From Anolis carolinensis (Eukaryota), in contig NW_026943819.1 of assembly GCF_035594765.1 (NCBI RefSeq), forward strand, positions 4,700,703 to 4,764,702: DNA of 64,000 bases. The letters run 5' to 3'. Shown here piece by piece: positions 47,927-60,000 of the stretch. The position numbers were made by a program, and so were the translations under genes. The notes under the pieces are model-generated. The model worked only from the letters and a program-made list of their open reading frames with translations, was not told where the DNA came from and ran no database searches. Position 1 is the stretch's first letter. The number at the start of each line of letters is the position of its first letter.

Positions 47927-50661
47927 CTGGTGTTCTGTTCGTTGGGCATGCTTTGAAACAAAAACTTTGCTAGGTCTTACTTTCGGGGGAGGCCTTATAT
48001 TTAGCAATTCAGCAAAACCTCTACTAGGTCTTATTTTCTGGGGATGTCTTATTTTAGGGGAAACAGGGTACCGTGTTTCCCTGAAAATAAGACAGTGTCT
48101 TATATTAATTTTTGCTCCCAAAGATGTGCTAGGTCTTATTTTCAGGGGATGTCTTATTTTTCCACAAAGAAGAATTCACATTTATTGTTGAACAAAAAAT
48201 GAACATTTATTGTATACTGTACAGTAGTTGTCATCACAAACCAGCATAATCAGAATCCTATCAAGAATTTCTTGTTACTACCATTATTTGCATGTACAAC
48301 AATCTATGTATGCAATATAGTCGTATAATATAATATATTGTATGTATACAGTAGAGTCTCACTTATCCAACATAAACGGGCCGGTAGAATGTTGGATAAG
48401 CGAATATGTTGGATAATAAGGAGAGATTAAGAAAAAGCCTGTTAAGAAAAAGCCTGGGGCTGGGCTGTGGCGCAGGCTGTTGAGCAGCTGCAATAAATCA
48501 CTCTGACTATGAGGTCATGAGTTTGAGGCCAGCCGTGGCGGGGTGAGCACCCGTCAATTAAAAATAAAATATAGCCCCTGCTCATTGCTGACCTAGCAAT
48601 CCGAAAGATAGTTGCATCTGTCAAGTAGGAAATAAGGTACCACTTATAAAAAAAAAGTGTGGAGGCAATGTTAACTAATTTACAACCTGGAATGAGGAAG
48701 TGCTGTCATAGTGGCTGGTGAAGCAGCTGCTCCCCCCTGTGGCCAGAATCGAACATCCCCTCAGGAGAAGGTTAAATTGCCTCTGCGTCTGTCTGTCTCG
48801 GTCTTTGTTTGATGTGTTTATGGGCATTGAATGTTTGCCCTATATGTATATAATGTGATCCGCCCTGAGTCCCCTTCGGGGTGAGAAGGGCGGAATATAA
48901 ATACTGTAAATAAATAAACATCAAAAGAGGTTATAATTTTACAAATTAAGCACCAAAACATCATGTTATACAACAAATTTGACAAAAAAAGTAGTTTATT
49001 ACACATTAATGCTATGTAGTCATTACTGTATTTACGAATTTAGCACCAAAATATCACAATGCATTGAAAACATTGACTACAAGAATGCGTTGGATAATCC
49101 AGAACATTGGATAAGCGAATGTTGGATAAGTGAGACTCTACTGTATGTTGGATAATAAGGAGGGATTAAGGAAAAGCCTATTAAACATCAAATTAGGTCA
49201 TGATTTTACAAATTAAGCACCAAAACATCATGTTATACAACAACTTTGACAGAAAAAGTAGTTCAATACACAGTCATGCTATGTAGTAATTACTATATTT
49301 ACAAATTTAGCACGTAACACTTTGTAACAAAATTTGAAACATTTTTTGTTCCTGGTTTGAAAGTGTTACTCCCTGTTTAATTGTGCGGTCCTTACTTCGA
49401 AAGAAGTTGTTCTCCAGAAACTTCGTTTTTGTGGCTGAGGATAGGACTAGCAGTCATGCTATGTAGTAATTACTGTATTTACAAATTTAGCACCAAAATA
49501 TCACAATGCATTGAAAACATTGACTACAAAAATGCGTTGGATAATCCAGAACGTTGGATAAGTGAGACTCTACTGTACTACCATTATTTCCATGTACACC
49601 ACTCTATGGTACGTACATTTACCGATCCTGCATGCTCTCGTGTTGTGTTTGGCGGGCATGCTTCCAAACTAAACCTTTGCTAGGTCTTACTTTTGGGGGA
49701 GGCCTTATATTTAGCAATTCAGCCATGACATGAAGGGGGTGAGGCCTAAATATGATGTGAAGGGGTGGGGCTTAGAGGGGGCAGGGCCTACCCTTCTGAC
49801 TGGCAGCCGGGGGAAAAGGGCTCTTCCTCATCCTCTGTAATTTGGACTTTATTTTTCTAGGTTTTTTAAATTGAAAGAAACAGATTGGATGATTATATCT
49901 TTTGTGGCCAGATTTGGTGTGATTTGGTTCAGTGGTTTTGTTGTTTACTCCACAGGGAAAACGCACATTACATTTATATATACAGTAGAGTCTCACTTAT
50001 CCAACACTAGCTTATCCAACGCATTTTTGTAGTCAATGTTTTCAATATATCGTGATATTTTGGTGCTAAATTCGTAAATACAGTAATTACAACATAACAT
50101 TACTGCGTATTGAACTACTTTTTCTGTCAAATTTGTTGTATAACATGATGTTTTGGTGCTTAATTTATAAAATCATAACCTATTGTGATGTTTAATGGGC
50201 TTTTTCTTAATCTCTCCTTATTATCCAACATATTCACTTATCCAACGTTCTGGATAAGTGAGACTCTATTGTATATAGATTTCTTGTTACTACCATTATT
50301 TCCATGTACAACAATCTATGGTATGTACATTTACCAATCCTGCAAGTTCTGGTGTTCTGTTCGTTGGGCATGCTTCCAAACAAAACCTTTGCTAGGTCTT
50401 ACTTTTGGGGGAGGCCTTATATTTAGCAATTCAGCAAAACCTCTACTAGGTCTTATTTTCAGGGGAAACAGGGTAGTGCTGAGCCAAAGCCAAAGGGGAA
50501 GCTGCTTAAGGAGCTTAAGGAGCTGTGTCTGGAGCCCCTCTTTCAAGGAGCTCATCTCTCATTTCATTACATTGACTCAATGCTATGCATTGCTGGGATC
50601 TTGTAACTTGGTGAGACATCAACAGAATAATAATAATAATAATAATAATAACAACAACAAA

Positions 50662-51352
50662 TGCATCAGAACAAATGCAATCAAGGCCAAGATCGAAAAT
50701 CAGCTGATGACCCAAAATGTAGACTGTGCAAGGAAACCGACGAAACCATTGATCATATCCTCAGCTGCCGTAAGAAAATTGCACAGACAGACTACAAACA
50801 GAGACACAACTACATGGCCCAAAGGATTCATTGGAACTTATGCCTTAAGTACCACCTTCCAGCAGCAAAGAACTGGTGAGATCACAAACCTGCAAAAGTA
50901 TTGGAAAATGATACTGTGGGACTTCCGAATCCAGACTGACAAAGTTCTGGAACACAACACACCAGACATCACAGTTGTAGAAAAGAAAAAGGTTTGGATC
51001 ATTGATGTCGCCATCCCAGGTGACAGTCGCATTGACGAAAAACAACAGGAAAAACTCAGCCGCTATCAGGACCTCAAGATCAAACTTCAAAGACTCTGGC
51101 AGAAACCAGTGCAGGTGGTCCCGGTGGTGATGGGCACACTGGGTGCCGTGCCAAAAGATCTCAGCCAGCATTTGGAAACAATAGACATTGACAAAATTAT
51201 GATCTGCCAACTGCAAAAGGCCACCCTATTGGGATCTGCACGCATCATCCGAAAATACATCACACAGTACTAGACACTTGGGAAGTGTTCGACTTGTGAT
51301 TTTTTGATATGAAATCCAGCATATCTATCTTTTTTGCTGTGTCATACAATGA
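50662..51352 (+). mobile_element. R4/Dong-clade retrotransposon 3' portion, frameshifted
   Basis: Same sequence family as 11584-12320; (TAA)n flanks. Confidence 0.85.
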
Positions 51353-51799
51353 TAATAATAATAATAATAAACAACCTTTATTTATATACTGCTCCATTTC
51401 CCCCAGAGGACTCAAGGCGTGCCAAAAAAGTCAATAGTCAAAACATCATACAACAGCACGAACATAACAAACATAATAAAAACAACATCATACAAATTAA
51501 ATTATTATTATTATTATGTACAAATTAAATTAACATACAATATTATATTATTAGCAAGTAGTAAGTAAGTAAGTAAGTACCTAATTAGCATAGTACAATA
51601 CTGGTAATAAATTACTATATTGTACTGTATCAATATATTGTAATATTATTAGTAATATTACATGTAAAATATAATATATATTTAATATTATTATATTGTA
51701 TTATTAGTATTATATCATATTACAATATAATATTATGAATATTATATGTATATACAATATGTTATAATTATTATATATTATTGTAAATTATATTGTATA

Positions 51800-52274
51800 T
51801 CTATATATATAAAAGAGTGATGGCATCACGGCGACCCACAAAACAACAAAACTACAGGCCCCCCAACCTCGAAATTTGACGACACAACCCATCATCCATG
51901 CCTCTAGGTTGTTACAACAAAAAGAAAAGAAAAATAAAGTCCTAATTAGAGAGAGAGGAATAATTGCTTTTATCCAATTGCTGCCAGTTAGAAGGCTAAG
52001 CTCCTCCAACTTGGTCTCCTAGCAACCCAATAAAAAATAATAAAAAACACTAAAAAATAATTAAAAACACTAAAAAATTAATACAATAAAATACCATAAT
52101 AACAAAAAATAACTAAAAATTATACAAGAAAATAATAAAATATAATAAATAAAAAGATAACTTACAATAAAATTAATTAAAAAATACAAATAACATCAAA
52201 TAAAAATTACACAACAATTTTTAACCAATACCACCACCACTTTGCCACAGCAACGCGTGTCCGCGCACAGCTAG
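51800..52274 (+). mobile_element. Non-autonomous Helitron, short form
   Basis: Near-identical to 21600-22072; TC...CTAG, A|T target. Confidence 0.82.
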
Positions 52275-52334
52275 TATATATATATATGTATATATATATA
52301 CACATATATATATGTATATATATATACACACATA

Positions 52335-52657
52335 CAGTAGAGTCTCACTTATCCAACACTCGCTTATCCAACGTTCTGGATTATCCAACACATTTTTGTA
52401 GTCAATGTTTTCATTATATAGTGATATTTTGGTGCTAAATTCATAAATACAGTAATTACTACATAGCATTACTGTGTATTGAACTACTTTTTGTGTCAAA
52501 TTTGTTGTATAACATGATGTTTTGGTGTTTAATTTGTAAAATCATAACCTAATTTGATGTTTAATAGGTTTTTCCTTAATCTCTCTTTATTATCCAACAT
52601 ATTCGCTTATCCAACGTTCTGCTGGCCCGTTTACATTGGATAAGTGAGACTCTACTG
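52335..52657. mobile_element. Tc1/mariner MITE (CAGTAGAGTCTC family)
   Basis: Complete TIRs, TA TSD. Confidence 0.9.
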
Positions 52658-52829
52658 TATATATATAACAGTTGCAGTTCCAATCAGTATATTCCATCAA
52701 AGACCTGCAGGAAAGACTCAAAAGCTCCATCCCCCATGACTACCTATTTCATTAACCAATTCATCAATTTATCTCCAATCAATCAATCATTCAATCAATC
52801 TATCCATTCAAAGGCCAACTTTCAACTTT

Positions 52830-53009
52830 CTTCCAGAACTTTTCCGGCTTCCCCTATTGGTCCATTCGAAGGCGTGGGCGTGGCCGCCGGCGGCCAATGG
52901 GCACGCGGGGAAAGCGCGAGGGTTCTGCACATGCGCACGGGCCCGGGCGTCGGTTTTAACGGAGACGAGCCGAAAAGAAGGAAGCAAGGAAGGAAAGGAG
53001 GAGGTCGCC
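52830..53009 (+). promoter_or_regulatory. REEP4 CpG-island promoter
   Basis: CCAAT boxes (ATTGG 52856-52860, CCAAT ~52894), GC boxes, NRF1-like TGCACATGCGCA ~52926; Kozak GTCGCCATGG. Confidence 0.7.
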
Positions 53010-53881
53010 ATGGTTTCGTGGCTCCTCTGCCGCGTCGTCGTGTGAGTCCGCCGCCTGTTTGGATGCCCTCCTTTTCCCTCTGAAGTTTCCAGGCATGGCC
53101 CTCTGTCGGGGAGGCTTAAATTGTGCCTTCCAGCCTCACCGAAGGGGCTGGTTTGGATGGCCTTTAGGAGTCCCTTCTTACTCCAGCTCAGTATAGGCAG
53201 CCTGGGCTTCTCCCCAGTGGTTCCTCTTCTTCTTCCTGGAAAGAAGTGACTATTTGGGAGTCATAAAGAGGGGTCAGCCCTGGGCCCTGTTGTTGTTGTT
53301 GTTGTTGTTATTATTATTATTTATACCCCCACTTTATCTCTCCCAAAGGAGACCCAAAGCAGCTATGTATCTATAATAATAATAATAATAATTAGTATTG
53401 TCATTATTATGTTTATTTATACTCTGCTTTCTCTCTCCCCAAGGAGACTCAAAGCCGCTATGCATCTATTATTATTTTTATTATTATGTTTATTTATACA
53501 CCACTTTCTCTTCCCCCAAGGAGACCCCAAGCTGCTATGCATCTATTATTATTATTATTATTATCCCAATTATTATGTTTGTTTATACTCCACTTTCTCT
53601 CCCCCCCAAGGAGACCCAAAGCTGCTATGCATCTATTATTATTATTATTATTATCCCTATTATTATGTTTGTTTATACTCCACTTTCTCTCCCCCCCCCC
53701 CCAAGGAGACCCAAAGCCGCTATGCATCTATTATTATTATTGTTATTATGTTTATTTATACTCCACTTTCTCTCTCCACAAGGAGACTCAAAGCCACTAT
53801 GCATCTATTTATTATTATTATTATGTTTATTTATACTCTGCTTTCTGTCTCCCCAAGGAAACTCAAACCTGCTATGCATCA

Positions 53882-53928
<47 letters not shown>

Positions 53929-54041
53929 GTTTATACTCCACTTTCTCTCCCCAAGATGACCCAAAGCCGCTATGCATCTATTATTATGTTTATACTCCAC
54001 TTTCTCCCCCCCCCCCGAGGAGACTAAAGCTGCTATGCATC

Positions 54042-54083
<42 letters not shown>

Positions 54084-57000
54084 GTTTATTTATACTCCGC
54101 TTTCTCTCCCCCAAGGAGACTCATAGCCGCTATGCATTTATTATTATTATTATTATGTTTATTTATACACCGTTTTCTCTCTCCAGGGAGGCTCAAAGCG
54201 GCTTACATTAAAAGTATGACCACACAATTTAAAATATACAAATATGCGAACATTAAAACAGAATTAAACATAACAGTATTTAAACATTCACAATTTAAAT
54301 CCATTAAAACATATTCAAAGCTAGAAATCACGGTTCTGTTAAACATCTTTATTAATGACTTGGATGAAGGTTTAGAGCAGGCATGGGCCAACTTGGGCCC
54401 TCCGGGTGTTTTGGATTTCAGAACCGGCTGTTAGCTGTTAGCCATTCAATGCAAATTAGGGTGATTAACTGGAACATTTACGCTGGCCTCCAACTGACAA
54501 GAGTTCTTCCCTCACCCTGAACTTCCCACAGATATATATAAACATTCCTTGCTTAGTTTTTCCATACCTCACAACCTCTGAGGATGCCTGCCATAGATGT
54601 GGGTGAAACGTCAGGAGAGAATACTTCTGGAACATGGCCACACAGCCTGAAAGACATACAACAACCCAATAATAATAATAATTTTATTTTTGTACCCTGC
54701 CTCCATCTCCCCGGGGGGACTCGGGGTGGCTTACATGGGGCTAAAGCCTGGGCAAATACAAAACAAACATAGAACGACATCAAATAACAAAAAACCAAGC
54801 ACAAATGAAAATTAAAAATAACATAAAATAAAACCACACACATTAGTAAAACACAAATTAAAACACAGCAGTAAAGTCATAAAAGTGAACTGGGAAAAGT
54901 GCACTAAGTGAGTTTTGTAAACATGAGGAAGTTAAAAGTGCTATAGGATCATGGGAGAGCACCTTAAAATGGGAGTGAACCCTGTGGCTATATCAAAGGG
55001 ATTATCAAAAACTTACAGCTACTCAATGATTCTGGCAATGAAAACCTTCGACAACACAATAATAATTATAATAATTATTTTGGAGAGGGTCTGGCAGTGT
55101 TTGCTTTCGCTCGAGACCTGTGATGGAGGAAGTACAGCCAAGGAGGAGCCGGTTTGGCTAGTCTGGTCCTGCCCCAATTGTGAAACTGGCCCTTCCTGTG
55201 TGGGAGGGGAACATCCCAGAAAGATGACTGGGTTTTTGACAGGTGTTTGAGCAGATCCCTGGGAGTCTAACTCTGTGATACCCCTCCCCTTTAATCCTCA
55301 TTTGGGGCAGGGGCTTCCTTCCTTTGGAGCCACCATGGAAGCCCTGAAGGCCAAGGCGGTGCGCCAGGCCAAGAGGTACGGCCTCTGGCTCCTGGCTGGA
55401 CTGTACCGCTGCTGGCCCGCTTTCCTGACCCCGCCGTTGCGTTACAGGCTCGTCTTTGGGATGCTCTACCCGGCCTACGCCTCCTACAAGGCTGTGAAGA
55501 CAAAGAACATCCGGGAATACGTGAGTTTTTTGGGGGGGGGCATGCCGCCAACAAAGGGACCTCAAGATAATGCTTGGGGATGAGGTTGATTGTGTTGTGG
55601 TAATCTCTGAGCGGTTAGACTCAAATTAACCCTCTCTGGGCGAGATTCCACCAAAATCAACAGAGTAGCAAAAGCAAAGCTTTCAAATGCAACAGTTACT
55701 TACATGGGGCTAGCAAAGAGAAGCCTTTGACCATTTAGGATTGCAGTGGACTGCAGAGTCTCAATAAAAGTTCAAAAAGTATTTATTCAGGTAAAAAGAA
55801 CTCCATTGTAGATAGAAAGGCTTGGGAGCTGTCTAGTCTACTCTAGACTGATTTCTAAGGAAAAATAAGAAAGGAAAAATAACAAACATCTAAATAGTTA
55901 CATCTTGCCAGGAGAGATGGCGAGATGCTTCTTGTTAGCTAGAAGAACAAAGGGAGAAGAGAGAACCAAAATGGTTCCAACCTCATGGTCCAGTTTATTG
56001 AGGCCATAAAAGACATTCTGACCAATGAGAAGTTAGTGTCCCTAGAGATTCACATTTCTACTAACTTCAAAGTAAGGGATGTGACGTAAACAGGATAGAG
56101 TGAAACACAGTAAAGCCTGTCTAGGCATGCTTTGGAAACAGGGAAAGGATTCCCTCAATCTAACTCTTGAGTAGTCCAGGATGATTCCCAACAGATTGAA
56201 TGCATTTGGTATCTCAAAGCAGAAGAAGAGGGTCTAGCTCAGGCATGGGCAAACTTTGGCTCTCTAGGTGTTTTGGACTTCAACTCCCACAATTCCTAAC
56301 AGCCTCCCTCTTCGGAAGAAAGGGAAACTCACTCCTGGAAAAGTGATTATCATGGGGAAAAGAGGTCTCCACTGAAGCTTTATCCCCAGTCCTTTATTTC
56401 CACCACAAGCCACATTTTGCAAAATCCAATTCTCACAGGGACAGAAAGTGAGGGGAAATCTGAATAGGGGCCCAGACGTAAAGGAAATGGTACAAGGGTG
56501 TTCACCTTCCCCTATGCTCTCCAAACCCCCAAAAAGTATATATTTGGCCACTTTTTGTGGCCAAGGAGGAGAGAGAGATTGTGTTCACAGGATTCCGTTA
56601 ACTCTTCCCTGCTTTGTTGGCAGGTGCGATGGATGATGTACTGGATCGTGTTCGCCCTTTTTATGGCCACTGAGACGGTTGCAGACACCTTTGTTTCCTG
56701 GTGAGTCTTCCTGACCGCAATCTGAGTTGTGTACCCCAATTTCACATTTCCTCCCTGGTCTCGGATGCTTTGCCGGACTTGGGAAGCCTGCTCCTGGCTC
56801 TTGGCTCTGCCTCTCTCTTCCCACAACAAAGCCTTGAGTCGCATTTGGTTTGTTTTGCTGTTAGTTTGCAACTGCCATGGCATTCAGGGCTTTCCTCTAT
56901 ACATCACTCTGTAGCAGGTTTGGCAATTTGGCTGGCCGTTGGGCAGCCTTTGACATGAAATGTGCTTAATGTACTGTACATATTCGAGTATAAGCCTAGT

Positions 57001-60000
57001 TTTTCAGCCCTTTTTTAAGACTGAAAAAGCCCCCCTCGGCTTATATTTGGGTGAGGGTCCTGGTTGGCTTATATTTGGGTCAGCTTATACTTGAGAATAT
57101 ATGGTACATTTATTATTTTTCTCTATTATTGTTGCTACTATTACATTTATTTTACTCTGTTTTTATTATTATTCATACATTTATTATTTTACTCTATTTA
57201 TTATTACATGTATTATTTTCCTGTATTTATTATTGTTATTACATGTATTTTATACTATTATTATTAAAAGGATACATAAGCACATTTACATTGAAGAAGA
57301 TGAGAATAATGATTTAATCAGAGTTAGATGGTCTTATCTTAAATTTGAGCTTTATGTAAATATTCAAAAACATTTAACCTGCGGATGCCTCAATTAATGT
57401 AATTTTATTGGTATCTATTTTTATTTCTGAAATTTACCACCCTCAGCTTATACTGGAGTCAATGTTTTCCCAGGTTTTTTTGTGGTAAAATTAGGTGCCT
57501 TGGCTTATATTTGGATCGGCTTATACTTGAGTATATAGAGTATATTTATATGTGTATGAATGTCTTAATGTAATCTGGTTTTATATCTATGAGCCGCCCC
57601 GAGTCCCTCTGGGGAGATGGTGGCGGGGTATAAAAATAAAATTATTATTATTATTATTATTAATCTAATTTTAAATTGAATTGGAATGTTACTGTGATTG
57701 TTTATATATGCCTTTTACATGGTAAGCCGCCCTGAGTCCCCTTATTGGGTGAGAAGGGCGGGGTAGAAATATTGTAATAAATAAATAATCAGAGACTAAA
57801 CAGCCAAGGGGAGTTTGGAAACGGGCAAAATCCAGAACCGTTATGCCTTTGATTCGCTTGCTGTTTAAATGTGTGAGAGTCATGTTTTTTACATGTAGCA
57901 AACCTCCTCCCCTTCATCAAAATGTGCTCGCGTTGTTTACCAGGGATTGCGACAGTCCCAACGGTGACCTGGATCTTCTTAAAACCACACCCACACTTTC
58001 TGCATTCCACTTGCATTCACACTCTGTACATTCCTTCCAAGGAGTCCAGGGAATTAAGACTTGTTCTCTATTTGTTCTTCCCTGGAAGTGACCTAAGGAG
58101 GAAGGCAAGACTGGCCCAAGGCTGACCCTTGCCCCCCTCATTTCTCCCAGTGGGAGAGATTGTACCTGGCCTTCTGGTCCCTTGTGTAAAGTAGCTGGAA
58201 ACTGACGTGCGCATTAGATTTGATGGCGCACGAGACTCGAGTCAATATGTGTAAATACAGAGAAGTAAGTTCTCCTTGTCTTCGGAGGTGGAGGCTGCCC
58301 TCCCGTCCTCATGGCCCTGCCTTTTCCTCCGTCCAGGTTCCCCTTCTACTACGAGATCAAGATGGCCTTTGTGGTGTGGCTCCTGTCTCCTTACACCCGG
58401 GGAGCCAGCCTGCTCTATCGCAAGTTCATCCACCCCACGCTCTCCCGCAAGGAGAAGGTAAAGGGCCCACACGGGTCTTCTTCCAGGGAAAGGGATGGGC
58501 GGGAGGGAAGGAGGACGATGTCTGTCTGAAGGCTGCACCCCTTTCCAATGTGAGGAGAGGCAAAGGCATATACTGATAGGATTCCATAGAAGCTGGTGTC
58601 TGCCACATCATTGGGGGTATAGCTGCTCTCTAGGCTTCTGGACTAAGGAGTTAGCCAAGATGCAGAATTGCCACTGCAACTTGGAGAGCTCCCATGAAGT
58701 TCAGAGTTAAAGTCCCTCCGTAGTCATTTGGGGTGATTCGCTTCTCTCCCGGCCCCTTTCCCTGCTTCTTCCTTTGCAGGAAATTGACCAGTTAATCCTC
58801 CAGGCCAAAGAGCGCAGCTACGAGACCCTTGTGAGCTTCGGGAAGAAGAGCCTCAACGTGGCTGCCACGGCTGCCGTACAGGCCGCCCACAAGGTCAGGA
58901 TGTTGGGTTGTGTTGTTTATTATGTCTGCCTTTCCCACTGCAAGTGCTGTCTGTAAGCCTCCTTGAGTCTCCCTTGGGGTAGAGAAAGGCGGGATATAAA
59001 TATGGCAAACAAATAAATAAACCTGGCAAAATGGCACTACCTAGAAGAATCCTCCACCTTGTGCGACTGTGGAGCAGAACAAACAACTCTGCCTCTGTAT
59101 GCATCCGCTCCCCGGATTTGAACCTGGGACCTTTCGGTCTGCAAGTTCAGCAGCTCAGCGCTTTAACACACTGAGCCACCGGAGGCTCCTAATATACAAT
59201 TATAATAGTGTGTTATTATTATTACTATTATTATTATTATATTACATTATAATATTATTATCAATATTATATGTATATATAATATATTATTAGTATATCA
59301 TAATTTGAGTATTATATATTATATACTTGCCCACAATGCCCTGCCTCAAGCACAGAGGAAGAACTGTTTAAAGCTATAGACAATGCGGTCGCTTTTGCCT
59401 GTTTTTCATCAAAAACTATTTAGCCGCTCTATTTTTATCAGTTTTATACTTATTTATGCAATGCTTTTGACATGAAAAAGGAGCCTTCGGTGGCTCAGTG
59501 TGTTAAAGCACTGAGCTGCTGAACCTTCAGACGGAAAGGTCCCGGGTTCAAATCCCGGGAGCGGAGTGAGCGCCCGCTGTAAGCTCCAGTTTCTGCCAAC
59601 CTAGCAGTTCGAAAACATGCCAATGTGAGTAGATCAATAGGGGAAGGTAACGGCGCTCCATGCAGTCATGCCAGTGGCCACATGACCTTGGAGGTGTTTA
59701 CGGACAACGCTGGCTCTTCGGCTTAGAAATGGAGATGAGCACCAACCCCCAGAGTCGGACACGACTGGACTTAATGTTGGAAACCTTTACCTTTACCTTT
59801 GACATGACATAAATAAAACCTTGATCTTGGGAGAGAGAGGGGGAATCTTTTCAAAAAGAAGCCTCACTGTTCTTCTCTCCTGCTCCCTTTTCCTGTCTTC
59901 TACTCAGAGCCAAGGAGCCCTGACCGGACGCCTGCGCAGCTTCAGCATGCAGGACCTGCGCTCCATTCCTGACGCTGCGCCCGTCCATTACTCCGACCCG

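Larger units (their letters stand above)
47398..50473. mobile_element. Two tandem Tc/mariner elements (47398-48068 and 48071-50473) with nested Penelope, MITE, SINE and Helitron-like fragments
   Basis: TIR CCGTGTTTCCCTGAAAATAAGAC / GTCTTATTTTAGGGGAAACAGGG; shared TA at 48069-48070. Confidence 0.8.

Noticed and set aside
50185-51273. 362-aa ORF
   Set aside because: Chance fusion of MITE, Tc element and frameshifted Dong sequence.
53398-54434. 341-aa and 209-aa repetitive ORFs in REEP4 intron 1
   Set aside because: Translations of the L2-tail minisatellite.
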